Assembly (NCBI GenBank): GCA_964503485.1
Contig: CAZDBH010000001.1
Coordinates: 2,888-66,887 of the forward strand
Length of the DNA: 64,000 nt
Direction of reading: 5' to 3'
From: an uncultured Bradymonadales bacterium
GTDB taxonomy: Bacteria; Myxococcota_A; Bradymonadia; JAFGEP01
Shown one piece after another: positions 10,124 through 20,457 of this stretch (positions are counted from its first letter, which is position 1; every line of letters starts with the position of its first letter). Position numbers and translations under genes: made by a program. Below the pieces are notes generated by a model. It saw only the letters and a program-made list of their open reading frames with translations. It was not told the origin of the DNA and searched no databases.

Positions 10124-10927
10124 CTTCCTGGCCGAGCCGGTGGGTGGGTACCAGACAGATCCATCCGTCTCGTTGATTGTCCGTAATCAACGACAGTAGT
10201 ACCCGCCACACACTTCGTGTGTCGCAGTATTCAGATACGATGAAGCTCAAACAATCGAATGTGTCGCAACAGCGACTGACCGAATCCGATCGGTATTCGT
10301 CGCCATCCCCCGTCTTGCGCTCGCATTCGAATCAGTTTTCTTCTATGCGTGACGGAATCGGAAGCACAACGTCGTCATTAGGGAACCCCGCGTACCCAGG
10401 AATGCGACGTACTGCGTCTTCTCGAGTCCGAGAAACACGTTTTCAAAGAGGCTCGATAAACCGTTTACTCGTTTGAAAACCTGTGCTTAGGCAACTTTGA
10501 AGGGAGTGTTTTCCGCAGATCTACCCAAATGAACCAAACAGTCTGAACTGGGTAGCTCGCAGAGTGCTCTCTCCTCAACAGCCTCACACGCAACTTGCAA
10601 GCTAGAACATCAAAAATGGCTCGTCAACCGGTAATCGGCCATCTACATGAAATTTTAAGTGTATGATAAATAAGGTGAATTTTCCAAGTGCTGAAAAACG
10701 TTGCAGCTTTTTTCCTCGGCATTATTGGGACTCGATAAACGTAGGATTTTGTACGGAAAGTCGGTTGCCGAGCTCGCTGCCGAGCGAAAAATCACAAGTT
10801 GTGAGGTAGATCTTCACCCGCGCCATGCGGCCCACTAAGTACGGCTTTCTTCTGTGATTTCGTCGTCTTGTGTCGTGATCTCGAGAGATCTCAGGCCTGG
10901 CCCGGTCTGCGCGCCTCCCAAAATCGC

Positions 10928-10955
10928 TTGACATGGGTCGACGAGTGTCTATTTC
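10928..10955 (+). promoter_or_regulatory. Candidate sigma70-like promoter for groES (TTGACA-N16-TATTTC)
   Basis: A TTGACA hexamer and a weak -10 hexamer lie about 145 nt upstream of the groES ATG. No CIRCE inverted repeat was found. Confidence 0.25.
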
Positions 10956-11099
10956 TTTGCGCCGAATGAACCACCCTGCTTGGCGGCGATTTTTGTTGTC
11001 ATTTCACAGGAGTGGATTCTCTCGTTCCAGCATGAAGAAACAAGACTTTGGGAAGTGGTCACAGACCATTACGAGGCTTCCCCACACGGAGATATACGA

Positions 11100-11387
11100 A
11101 TGAACGTAAAACCATTGGGAGATCGAGTTCTAATTCGCAGGCTCGAGGAAGAGACGCGCAGCAAAGGTGGCATCATCATTCCTGATACCGCCAAAGAGAA
11201 GCCGATGCGCGGCGAAATCGTGGCGACAGGTCCAGGCGAACGAATCAAGGAAGGTGGCCGTCGACCCATGTCCGTGAAAGAGGGCGATACCGTCATCTTC
11301 GGAAAATACGCTGGAACCGAGGTAAAGGTTGATGGTGAGGACTACCTCCTCATTCGCGAAGACGAAATCTTCGCCGTCATCGATTGA
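11100..11387 (+). CDS. groES: Co-chaperonin GroES
   Basis: [35 protein letters not shown]... is the canonical GroES sequence. The true start is the internal ATG preceded by a GGAGA SD; the ORF track's upstream extension is not coding. Confidence 0.9.
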   Translation: MNVKPLGDRVLIRRLEEETRSKGGIIIPDTAKEKPMRGEIVATGPGERIKEGGRRPMSVKEGDTVIFGKYAGTEVKVDGEDYLLIREDEIFAVID

Positions 11388-11446
11388 ACCAACCAAATCA
11401 TTAGCGGCCGTATCCTACGAGTTTCCGGTCCACTTAGGAGTTATAG

Positions 11447-13039
<1,593 letters not shown>

Positions 13040-13249
13040 GTTACTCCGCTCGGCGATGAATTCTCACGTCGAGTGGTTTTTCTCCCCTTCGAATTCCCAG
13101 TCTATACCCATACCAAGTGCAGCTACTGGTGTAGCCCAATCGGAGGATTGCGCCGCCTTGGCTATCGACTATTCACAGCTCCTGTGGCAAAACCTGTGGC
13201 CAGTCAGTGGATGACTTGGGGTGAATCTCGATGCGGTTTTTTGATCACC

Positions 13250-13415
13250 GATCATCCTGCAAAAAGGCAGCTTGTTATTCACATGATGACGCGTTGAAAG
13301 CGCTTGCTTTTTCAAGGCAATCTTAGTTTATTCACATGTTCACAGGCCCTACTACTACGACGAATAAATAACAAAAAGAAAGTTACTATTTATTCGTAGA
13401 TACACAGGAGCTCAG
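13250..13415. other. Putative oriC core / dnaN upstream region with DnaA boxes and AT-rich DUE-like segment
   Basis: Two exact TTATNCACA matches (TTATTCACA at 13275..13283 and 13328..13336). A weaker TGTTCACAG follows, then a very AT-rich 60 bp with a perfect 10-bp inverted repeat (CGAATAAATA at 13361..13370 and TATTTATTCG at 13387..13396) just before the dnaN start. Confidence 0.45.
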
Positions 13416-14534
13416 ATGCATATATCGATTGACGCAAAAACGCTTGCAGCTTCTCTATACAAGCTCCTAGGTGTCACCAACTCGAAAGGTCCACTGACTA
13501 TCGTCTCCAACGCCTTGTTAACTGCACGTGAGGACAACACCTTGCTGTTGGAAGCCACGGATCTCGAGGTCACAATCTCGACACGGCTGGAGTGCGAAGT
13601 AGACAAGCCAGGACAGCTTTGTCTGAACGCACACAATCTCTACAACGTAGTCAAAGGACTCAAAAACCAAAAAGCTGAGATTGGTGCTCTAGACAACCAC
13701 TGGGCCAAGCTCACATCAGGCGATGTGGACTGTCGAATCGTTGGCGTCCCCCCAGTTGAGTTTCCTAAACTGCCCGCCCTAGGCGAGCTTGCTTATTTCT
13801 CGATCGACACGAGCGCTCTACTCGAGATGGTCGAGCGCACCATCTTCTCGATTTCGACCGATGAGGGTCGCCCCAACTTGATGGGAGCGTATCTGGTCGC
13901 TCGCGACGATGGCCTGATGATGGTCTCTACCGACGGGCACCGATTGTCACGGGTCGCTCGTATAGCCAACGAGTCCGGTGGGTTGCCAAAGGAACTCGTG
14001 GACGGAATCATCATTCCCCGCAAGAGCTTGGCTGAGCTGAAGCGAACCGTTCAAGGTGACGTGCCTGTTATCGATACGGCGATTAGTGGCAACAACGCGG
14101 TGTTTCGTTTTGCCGATACCACGATCATGGTGCGTCTCGTCGACGCGACCTTTCCAGACTACACCCGGGTCATTCCCGAAGAGACGAAAGAACGCCAGGC
14201 TCGCGTGAACACCGCTGAGTTTGTCGAGAAGCTCAAGTTTGTCTCGCTGTTCTCGAACAGCCGAACGGGAAATGTGACGGTTCAGATCGACGGCGATATC
14301 CTACAGCTGTCTGCCAGTGACCCCGACAAGGGCGAAGGGAAAGAAGCTATGCCGGCTGCATACGTCGGTCCCACAGTTCAAGTCGGCTTCAACTACCGCT
14401 ATCTGTTGGATATCCTCAGTGTGCTTGATTCACCCGAGTTTCGCTTCCAGATTCTCGATGCGTATTCGGCCGCTCTCGTGCTGGACGGGGAGCGCGAAGA
14501 TGACCTGTTCCTCGTGATGCCAATGCGTCTATGA
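13416..14534 (+). CDS. dnaN: DNA polymerase III beta sliding clamp DnaN
   Basis: 372 aa with the three-domain beta-clamp pattern, sitting immediately upstream of recF. Confidence 0.9.
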   Translation: MHISIDAKTLAASLYKLLGVTNSKGPLTIVSNALLTAREDNTLLLEATDLEVTISTRLECEVDKPGQLCLNAHNLYNVVKGLKNQKAEIGALDNHWAKLTSGDVDCRIVGVPPVEFPKLPALGELAYFSIDTSALLEMVERTIFSISTDEGRPNLMGAYLVARDDGLMMVSTDGHRLSRVARIANESGGLPKELVDGIIIPRKSLAELKRTVQGDVPVIDTAISGNNAVFRFADTTIMVRLVDATFPDYTRVIPEETKERQARVNTAEFVEKLKFVSLFSNSRTGNVTVQIDGDILQLSASDPDKGEGKEAMPAAYVGPTVQVGFNYRYLLDILSVLDSPEFRFQILDAYSAALVLDGEREDDLFLVMPMRL

Positions 14535-14541
14535 GTTCTGA

Positions 14542-15666
14542 ATGATCATCACTCGTCTGAACCTGACCGACTTTCGAAACATTCGGTCAGGTGAGGTTCT
14601 GCCTCATCCCCATTTCAACATACTCTCAGGACATAACGGCGCCGGTAAGAGCAACGTGCTCGAAGCCATCTTCATCATGTCGAACGTCAAGTCGTTTCGT
14701 AGCGGAAAGAACGCTGATCTCGTCAATCTGAATAGCAAACAGGCTGAGATTCGACTCAAAGTAGACAGGTCTGGCGTTGGCAAAGATCTTCGGGTCGAAA
14801 TCGGGGAACGACGCAAGCGGTTCTGGATCAACGAAAACGCAATCAAGTCCTTTTCAGACTACGCCGGCGCCCTGCGAACCGTCATCTTCAGTCCGGCAGA
14901 TTTACGTCTGTTGCACGGTTCCTCAAAGGAACGTCGGGCCTTCATCGACCGTATCGTCTGCAACACTCAGCCGGTTCATTTGGTCGACCTTCAAAACTTC
15001 GAGACTGCGCTCAAGAGTCGCAATCAGCTTCTCAAGGACCCCCAACCGGATCGCATACTGCTCGACGCCTACACCGATCAGTTCTGTCCACTGGCCGCCC
15101 GGATCATCGCGCGTCGAAACCAAGTGCTCAGTGCGATTGAGCCAACGATCAGAGCGGTGTTCCACTCGATCTTCGCTCCAGGGTTCGATGTTCGGTGCCT
15201 CTATTTCTCGAAGTGGCGGACTGATCAGCCCAACGAAGCGAACTCAGATCTGCCTACGGTGGAACGAACAGAAGAGATACTGCGCGAGCACTTGGTTTCG
15301 ACACGGCACGCTGAGCGACGGGCCGGCTTCACGTTGGTGGGGCCTCACCGCGACGATATCAAAGTCTTCTTGAACGATCTTCCAACTCGCGAATACGCGT
15401 CACAAGGCCAAGCGCGAGCAATCGTCCTGGCGATGAAGATTACCGAGATTCGGTATATTGAAGAGGTCAACCGAGAGTGTCCGGTCTTGTTGCTCGATGA
15501 CGTGTCCAGTGAATTGGATCGGACTCGAAATGAACAGCTGTTTTCCTTCATCCGAGAGTTGAGCGCCCAGACTTTCATTACGACAACCGATCGTCGCTTT
15601 ATCGGTATTGAGGAAGACGTGGCTGAATGGGTACTCCGGGACGGGGAGCTGTCGGTCGTAGACTGA
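14542..15666 (+). CDS. recF: DNA replication and repair protein RecF
   Basis: Walker A GHNGAGKSNVLEAI, the SMC-like signature and a LLLDDV Walker B; canonical position after dnaN. Confidence 0.9.
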   Translation: MIITRLNLTDFRNIRSGEVLPHPHFNILSGHNGAGKSNVLEAIFIMSNVKSFRSGKNADLVNLNSKQAEIRLKVDRSGVGKDLRVEIGERRKRFWINENAIKSFSDYAGALRTVIFSPADLRLLHGSSKERRAFIDRIVCNTQPVHLVDLQNFETALKSRNQLLKDPQPDRILLDAYTDQFCPLAARIIARRNQVLSAIEPTIRAVFHSIFAPGFDVRCLYFSKWRTDQPNEANSDLPTVERTEEILREHLVSTRHAERRAGFTLVGPHRDDIKVFLNDLPTREYASQGQARAIVLAMKITEIRYIEEVNRECPVLLLDDVSSELDRTRNEQLFSFIRELSAQTFITTTDRRFIGIEEDVAEWVLRDGELSVVD

Positions 15667-15742
15667 AATCGATTCGTCGCAGAGAGGTTGCCACCAACAG
15701 GCGACCCGAGATACAACACCCGCACACAGCACACGGAGAGTC

Positions 15743-16510
15743 ATGATGGACGTCAAAGGTCTAACCGAGCGGTTTACGTCGGATAAGGTGCGACTAGCAC
15801 AATTGGGAGGGCTGTTGGCCTTCTCGGTGTTCTCACTTCTGGGAACACTTCTCGACGGCAGATTCATGAGCTTCTTGATTCTAGCCACCCTGGCCGCCTT
15901 TCTGTTTCTGACAATCGCACCGATCTATCTCGCGGCGATTACCGCGAGTGATTCCTCTCTTCCGAAGAGCGGACACATCAGTTTGCGTGCGGCAGAGGGG
16001 GCAGGGATGTCCGGCATCGCACTGACCGTAGCGATTCTGTGTATGGCTCTGGGCGTACTCTTTCAAGGTCTGAAACCCGACGTGGCCCCGGCTCTGGTGC
16101 ATTCATTCCTGGCGGTGTTTGTTCTCGGCGCCCAAGCAATGGTGTGTGCCGCCATCGCAGCTGGCGTAGGGCTGACAAACGTCTTGCGCAGTGCAGACGT
16201 AGTCCTGGAGTCTCCGCCACCACCGAAGCCCAAACCAGCTCCGCAGGCCTATCAGCAACCGGCAGACCAACAACAGGCCTATCAGCAGCAGCAACAGGCC
16301 TACGAGCAGCAACAACAGGCTTATCAGCAGCAACAACAGGCCTATCAGCAGCACCAGCAGGCCGCACCAGCCGCCGCCGCACCAGCGGCACCAGCGGCAC
16401 CAGCCGCCGCCGCACCGGCCGCCGATTCAGCTCAACCCCAGGTTCAACCACCAGCGTGGCCTGCCGAGGGCGGTAGCGATTCGACCGGTGGCGATCAATC
16501 GGGCAGCTAA
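15743..16510 (+). CDS. Membrane protein with Gln/Ala/Pro-rich low-complexity C-terminus
   Basis: Four predicted TM helices are followed by QAYQQQQQAYEQQQQAYQQQQQAYQQHQQ and PAAAAPAAPAAP repeats. It occupies the position where gyrB is usually found. Confidence 0.5.
   Translation: MMDVKGLTERFTSDKVRLAQLGGLLAFSVFSLLGTLLDGRFMSFLILATLAAFLFLTIAPIYLAAITASDSSLPKSGHISLRAAEGAGMSGIALTVAILCMALGVLFQGLKPDVAPALVHSFLAVFVLGAQAMVCAAIAAGVGLTNVLRSADVVLESPPPPKPKPAPQAYQQPADQQQAYQQQQQAYEQQQQAYQQQQQAYQQHQQAAPAAAAPAAPAAPAAAAPAADSAQPQVQPPAWPAEGGSDSTGGDQSGS
16244..16432 (+). repeat. Tandem CAG/CAA-rich about 21-bp repeats followed by GCC/CCA repeats (coding)
   Basis: gcctatcagcagcaacaacag units occur about five times, then ccagcggcaccagc units. 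They encode the QAYQQQQ and PAAAP tracts. Confidence 0.7.
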
Positions 16511-16521
16511 TCTAGGCAACT

Positions 16522-18162
16522 GTGATAGCCAAAGCGGCTCAGAACCTCGAACGAAGGCTAGTCAAATCGGTTCGGAAGTCGGTCGACGTCTCGAGACCCG
16601 ATCAGGTTGCCTCCTATCTAATCGACATTCTCTCAGGTCGTTTTCAACACGACTGGGCACCGAGTGGCCGGTGGACGCTCAAGCAGCTCAACGCCGTGAG
16701 TCGAGCCTACTCTCGCACCCGCTTCGGTGCAAAGTCGAAAGGGGCTTTCTACACGCCAGGTTGGGTCGCTGAACGTTTGGTCGGTCAGGTTACGGACTTC
16801 GGATGGCCGAGCGATCACGTGCTTGATCCGTCCTGTGGCGGCGGGTCCCTTTTACTGGCCGCCATTTCTGCCTTGAACCCATCCAGAGTTACTGGCTGGG
16901 ACACCGATAGGTCGGCGGTTCGACTGGCAAAAGCACTGCTGGAGTACTTCTGCGCCGATCAAAAGCGATCGGTCGAAATCGATCTTCGTTGTGCCGATCA
17001 ATTCGAGGCGGTTGCATCGGTTGGGAACATAGACCTGGTTCTGACCAATCCGCCCTACGGCACGGAGCTCAACGGCTGTGCCAAAGCCTTTGCCGAAACC
17101 CAACGTCTATGCGGCCGGGAACCGGACAAGTTCGCGTTGTCGCTGGAATTATTGCTGTCATTGAGTTGTCCAATAGCTGCGGTAGTACCAGACGTGATTC
17201 GAATGCAGCCCGAATACGAGGTATTGAGGCGGTACCTGACAAAAGAGCACCCGATCGACGCCATAGACAACCTAGAGTTCGGTTCGTTTCCAGAGGCAAC
17301 AGTCCAACCGACTCTGTTGTTCATTGGCCGAAAATCGAACGCTGAACTCTCAGTCCGGTTTTCGTCTCCCACTGAGACAGCAACAGCGGTTTCACGGGAA
17401 GCCATCTCATCTGATCGGCTCTGTCGCTGGCGGCGGAATGTTGGCCTGCTACAGCAGTATTGGGACGCGGATCATCGACCACTCGGTGAGATTGCCCAGT
17501 GCCATGAAGGGGTCCACACAGGCAACATTCGAGAGAAGCTGTTTACGTCAGACGCAAATGTCGATCATGCCCGGCCCCTATTGAAAGGTGCTGACGTGAC
17601 ACCGTTCGCCTTCGATTTTCGCGGTCGGTACGTGCGATATGACAAGGGGCTCATCGACCGAAGCGCAGGGGAGTACGCGTCGCTTAGGGACCCAGATATA
17701 TTCGAAGGTCCCAAACTGTTTAGCCGACAGACGAGCGACAGGTTGGTCGTGTGCTACGACGACGGCAATCTGGTGAGTGACAATACGCTTCACTCGATCA
17801 AGGTCAGGCAAGGGGAGACATATACTCTCGAGTGGCTCGCGCTGTACCTGAACTCCAGTTTGGCGACGGCCCTCTATCGGTTCGAGTCGGGGGAGGAGAA
17901 TCGACCGCTGCCCCAAATTAAACTCGTTCTCTTGAAACAGCTTCCAGTGCCTCGACCGAAGAACGACAAAGAAGCAGAAGCGCTGTTTCGAGAGACAGCC
18001 GAGGCGGCATCGACTGGAGCCCTCGATGACGCCACAATGAGGCGCATCGATCGATTTGTGTTTGACAGCTTTGGTGTGAAGGAGTCAGATAGATCACCGA
18101 TAATCGAAAGGGCGATGACCAAGCCGGTCAGAACTCAGCGACGAGAGCGTTTACCGCAATGA
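16522..18162 (+). CDS. N6-adenine DNA methyltransferase, Eco57I/TaqI-like gamma class, with TaqI_C-like target-recognition domain (orphan)
   Basis: The motif order is GAFYTP, then motif I LDPSCGGGSLL, then motif IV LVLTNPPYG (NPPY). The C-terminal region (LLKGADVTPFAFDFRGRYVRYD...IFEGPKLFSRQTS...) resembles the TaqI_C TRD. No endonuclease partner is adjacent. Confidence 0.75.
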   Translation: MIAKAAQNLERRLVKSVRKSVDVSRPDQVASYLIDILSGRFQHDWAPSGRWTLKQLNAVSRAYSRTRFGAKSKGAFYTPGWVAERLVGQVTDFGWPSDHVLDPSCGGGSLLLAAISALNPSRVTGWDTDRSAVRLAKALLEYFCADQKRSVEIDLRCADQFEAVASVGNIDLVLTNPPYGTELNGCAKAFAETQRLCGREPDKFALSLELLLSLSCPIAAVVPDVIRMQPEYEVLRRYLTKEHPIDAIDNLEFGSFPEATVQPTLLFIGRKSNAELSVRFSSPTETATAVSREAISSDRLCRWRRNVGLLQQYWDADHRPLGEIAQCHEGVHTGNIREKLFTSDANVDHARPLLKGADVTPFAFDFRGRYVRYDKGLIDRSAGEYASLRDPDIFEGPKLFSRQTSDRLVVCYDDGNLVSDNTLHSIKVRQGETYTLEWLALYLNSSLATALYRFESGEENRPLPQIKLVLLKQLPVPRPKNDKEAEALFRETAEAASTGALDDATMRRIDRFVFDSFGVKESDRSPIIERAMTKPVRTQRRERLPQ

Positions 18163-20030
18163 CAGACCAGCCACACCCCATGCTCCCGAAGGCCGGAGAT
18201 ATCCTGTTGGGGAGGTACGTCATTGAAGAGGTGCTCGGCGAGGGTGGTTTCGCAACAGTCTATCGGGGCCACCAGCTGGGGGTAGAGCGCACCGTCGCGA
18301 TCAAGTGCCTCGATCCGAGTTCTATCAACAAAGATCGTGGCGCAGCACAGCGGTTTACAAGCGAAGCCCGGGTTGCGAGTGGGTTAGAACACCCCAATAC
18401 CATCACCGTTTTCGACTATGGCCGAACCGAGAAGGGCATCCTCTTCCTGGTGATGGAATACGTCGACGGTGTGACACTCGAGACCTTGCTCGAGCGCGGT
18501 CCAGTGCAGCCTGAGCGGGCTGCCCACATAGTGAGACAGATCCTCCACAGCCTGCGGGAAGCCCACAGTCATCAAATCGTCCACCGCGATCTCAAGCCAT
18601 CAAACATTATGGTCTGCGACCGTGCCGGTGAAACCGATGTGGTCGTTGTGCTCGATTTCGGAATCGCGAAGGTCCTAACAGGTGAGAGTCCGATGGACAT
18701 CACCCGAAAGATGACTGGGCTAGACAAGATAATCGGTACACCGCGCTATATGTCGCCGGAGCAGATCCGTGGCAAGCAACTGACACCGGCTTCGGATGTC
18801 TATTCGGTGGGACTGATATTCTTCGAGCTGCTCACAGGTCAGCCGCTCATCGAGCATTCAGAGACCATGGTGGTGTTGAGCAAGCAACTCACACAGGCAC
18901 CGCTCGAACTCCCGAGAGATGGGAGTATCGAGCCCAAGTACCTCACCGTCTTGGAGCAGGCACTACAGAAGGAAGTCAGCAAGCGATTTCGGACGGTAAA
19001 CGAATTCCTGGGCGCCCTCGATGTGGCGCCTATGTACGTTTATAGCCCGGCCCAGATTCAAATGGCCGAGGCAGAAACCGTTCCCCTGGACCTAGACAAC
19101 ATCAAAGAAATGGTGGTCGCACAGCACGCAGCCAAGCAGGTGCAAGAGCGGCGACTGGACCCTGTAGTCATGCCCCGACCCGGGGTTGCGCCGAGCGCGC
19201 AGCCCGGAAACCGCAACATCGTTCTGTTGAATATTCTGCTGGCCTCTTTGTTGATTTTCCTGGGGATCATTTTCGGCGCAGTTGTTCTGCCCCGTCTTCT
19301 CAGTGACGGCCAGTCAGATCGAATCGTGTACGTCACCCAAGAAGGGGTGCAAGTCGAGCCACCAACCGGAGCACCCGAGTCAGGACGAGAGTCCCCACCG
19401 GTAACCGCACCCCTGCAGTCCTATCAGGTGGCTCACACACGCAGCATAGTGAACCGGGCACAAGTCGCGGCGATGACCGCGGCCAATCCTCTGAGATTCA
19501 CATTCATCGGATCGCCGGACGGTGTGTCACTCACGCTGGCAGGGGATACCATCGGCAATCAAGGTGAGGTCATCGCTATCCCCCCCGACCGGTTGCCCAA
19601 CGAAGTGGAAATCAGCGCAGACGGTTATTACTCGGATTGGGTGCTCGTCGCGGTCGACACGCCCCGCACAGTGGTATTCAACTTGAGGCCATTGGTCGCT
19701 GCGGCGACCCCCAACGATACAACGAGCACCCGTCGAACCGCTTCGAGCGATCGGGATAGGGAGCGATCCAGCAGAAGCCGCGAACGCAGCAGTCGATCAG
19801 AGCGCGACAGAGAGGAAGCCCCGGAAGAGTCCACTATTGGCCTGATCGATTTAGACCGGTCCCAAGGCGCTTCGGACGGCGATCGATCGAGCCGATCTTC
19901 GGCCTCGAGTTCTACCTCCACCAACTCGACCATCATCGCACCCATCGACGAGAGTCGGAGCAGTCGAAGTCGCTCACGTCAACGCGACGAAGAAGACGAA
20001 TCCGCGGCCAGTGCGTTTGAGCCTTTCTGA
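18159..20030 (+). CDS. Hanks-type Ser/Thr protein kinase, single-pass membrane, with Arg/Ser/Asp/Glu-rich tail
   Basis: LGEGGFATVYRG, VAIKCL, HRDLKPSNIMV, DFGIAK and GTPRYMSPEQ motifs; one TM segment (IVLLNILLASLLIFLGIIFGAVVL); the tail is RTASSDRDRERSSRSRERSSRSERDREE...SRSSRSRSRQRDEEDE. The start ATG overlaps the methyltransferase stop (ATGA). Confidence 0.85.
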   Translation: MTDQPHPMLPKAGDILLGRYVIEEVLGEGGFATVYRGHQLGVERTVAIKCLDPSSINKDRGAAQRFTSEARVASGLEHPNTITVFDYGRTEKGILFLVMEYVDGVTLETLLERGPVQPERAAHIVRQILHSLREAHSHQIVHRDLKPSNIMVCDRAGETDVVVVLDFGIAKVLTGESPMDITRKMTGLDKIIGTPRYMSPEQIRGKQLTPASDVYSVGLIFFELLTGQPLIEHSETMVVLSKQLTQAPLELPRDGSIEPKYLTVLEQALQKEVSKRFRTVNEFLGALDVAPMYVYSPAQIQMAEAETVPLDLDNIKEMVVAQHAAKQVQERRLDPVVMPRPGVAPSAQPGNRNIVLLNILLASLLIFLGIIFGAVVLPRLLSDGQSDRIVYVTQEGVQVEPPTGAPESGRESPPVTAPLQSYQVAHTRSIVNRAQVAAMTAANPLRFTFIGSPDGVSLTLAGDTIGNQGEVIAIPPDRLPNEVEISADGYYSDWVLVAVDTPRTVVFNLRPLVAAATPNDTTSTRRTASSDRDRERSSRSRERSSRSERDREEAPEESTIGLIDLDRSQGASDGDRSSRSSASSSTSTNSTIIAPIDESRSSRSRSRQRDEEDESAASAFEPF

Positions 20031-20058
20031 GTTCGGGCAATCCCTGTACAAGGACGAC

Positions 20059-20457
20059 ATGTCGGACGCGATCACAAATCAGCCATACTCTGAAGTTATC
20101 GGAATCAGCTTTTTCGCCTTCCACGGCGCCTATCCCGAAGAGAAAGAGAACGGACAAACGTTCACGGTGGATGTCGCACTATACGGAGACTTCGCCAACA
20201 GGGCAGAGTTCAGTGACGCGCTTGATGAGACCGTTGACTATGCAGCCGTCTGTCAAACTGTAATCAACATTGGTACAACGACCCGGGTCGATCTGTTGGA
20301 GCGCCTGGGAGCGCTGATGGCAGACGAACTGATCGCGAAGTTCCCAGTCACGTCAGTCACTGTATCGGTCTCAAAAAACCCGCCCGCAGGTGTGCCTGGT
20401 GACCCCAAGCGTTTTACGGTGAGGGTTCGCCGCAGCCGGCCGAGGTTGTTAGAGTGA
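20059..20457 (+). CDS. folB: Dihydroneopterin aldolase FolB-like
   Basis: IGISFFAFHGAYPEEKENGQTFTVDVAL resembles the FolB core (IGVLPEERELGQ..VVDLEL). Start chosen at the internal ATG (MSDAIT) downstream of the kinase stop. Confidence 0.6.
   Translation: MSDAITNQPYSEVIGISFFAFHGAYPEEKENGQTFTVDVALYGDFANRAEFSDALDETVDYAAVCQTVINIGTTTRVDLLERLGALMADELIAKFPVTSVTVSVSKNPPAGVPGDPKRFTVRVRRSRPRLLE

Noticed and set aside
10124-11099. Searched for a CIRCE element (TTAGCACTC-N9-GAGTGCTAA) upstream of groES
   Set aside because: No match on either strand. Only a generic TTGACA-N16-TATTTC promoter-like site was seen.
16522-20030. Considered calling the methyltransferase + kinase pair a BREX type 2 / Pgl system (PglX + PglW)
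   Set aside because: The methyltransferase is 546 aa, whereas PglX is about 1200 aa, and the kinase is 623 aa, whereas PglW is about 1500 aa. No PglY ATPase or PglZ phosphatase is present in the window.
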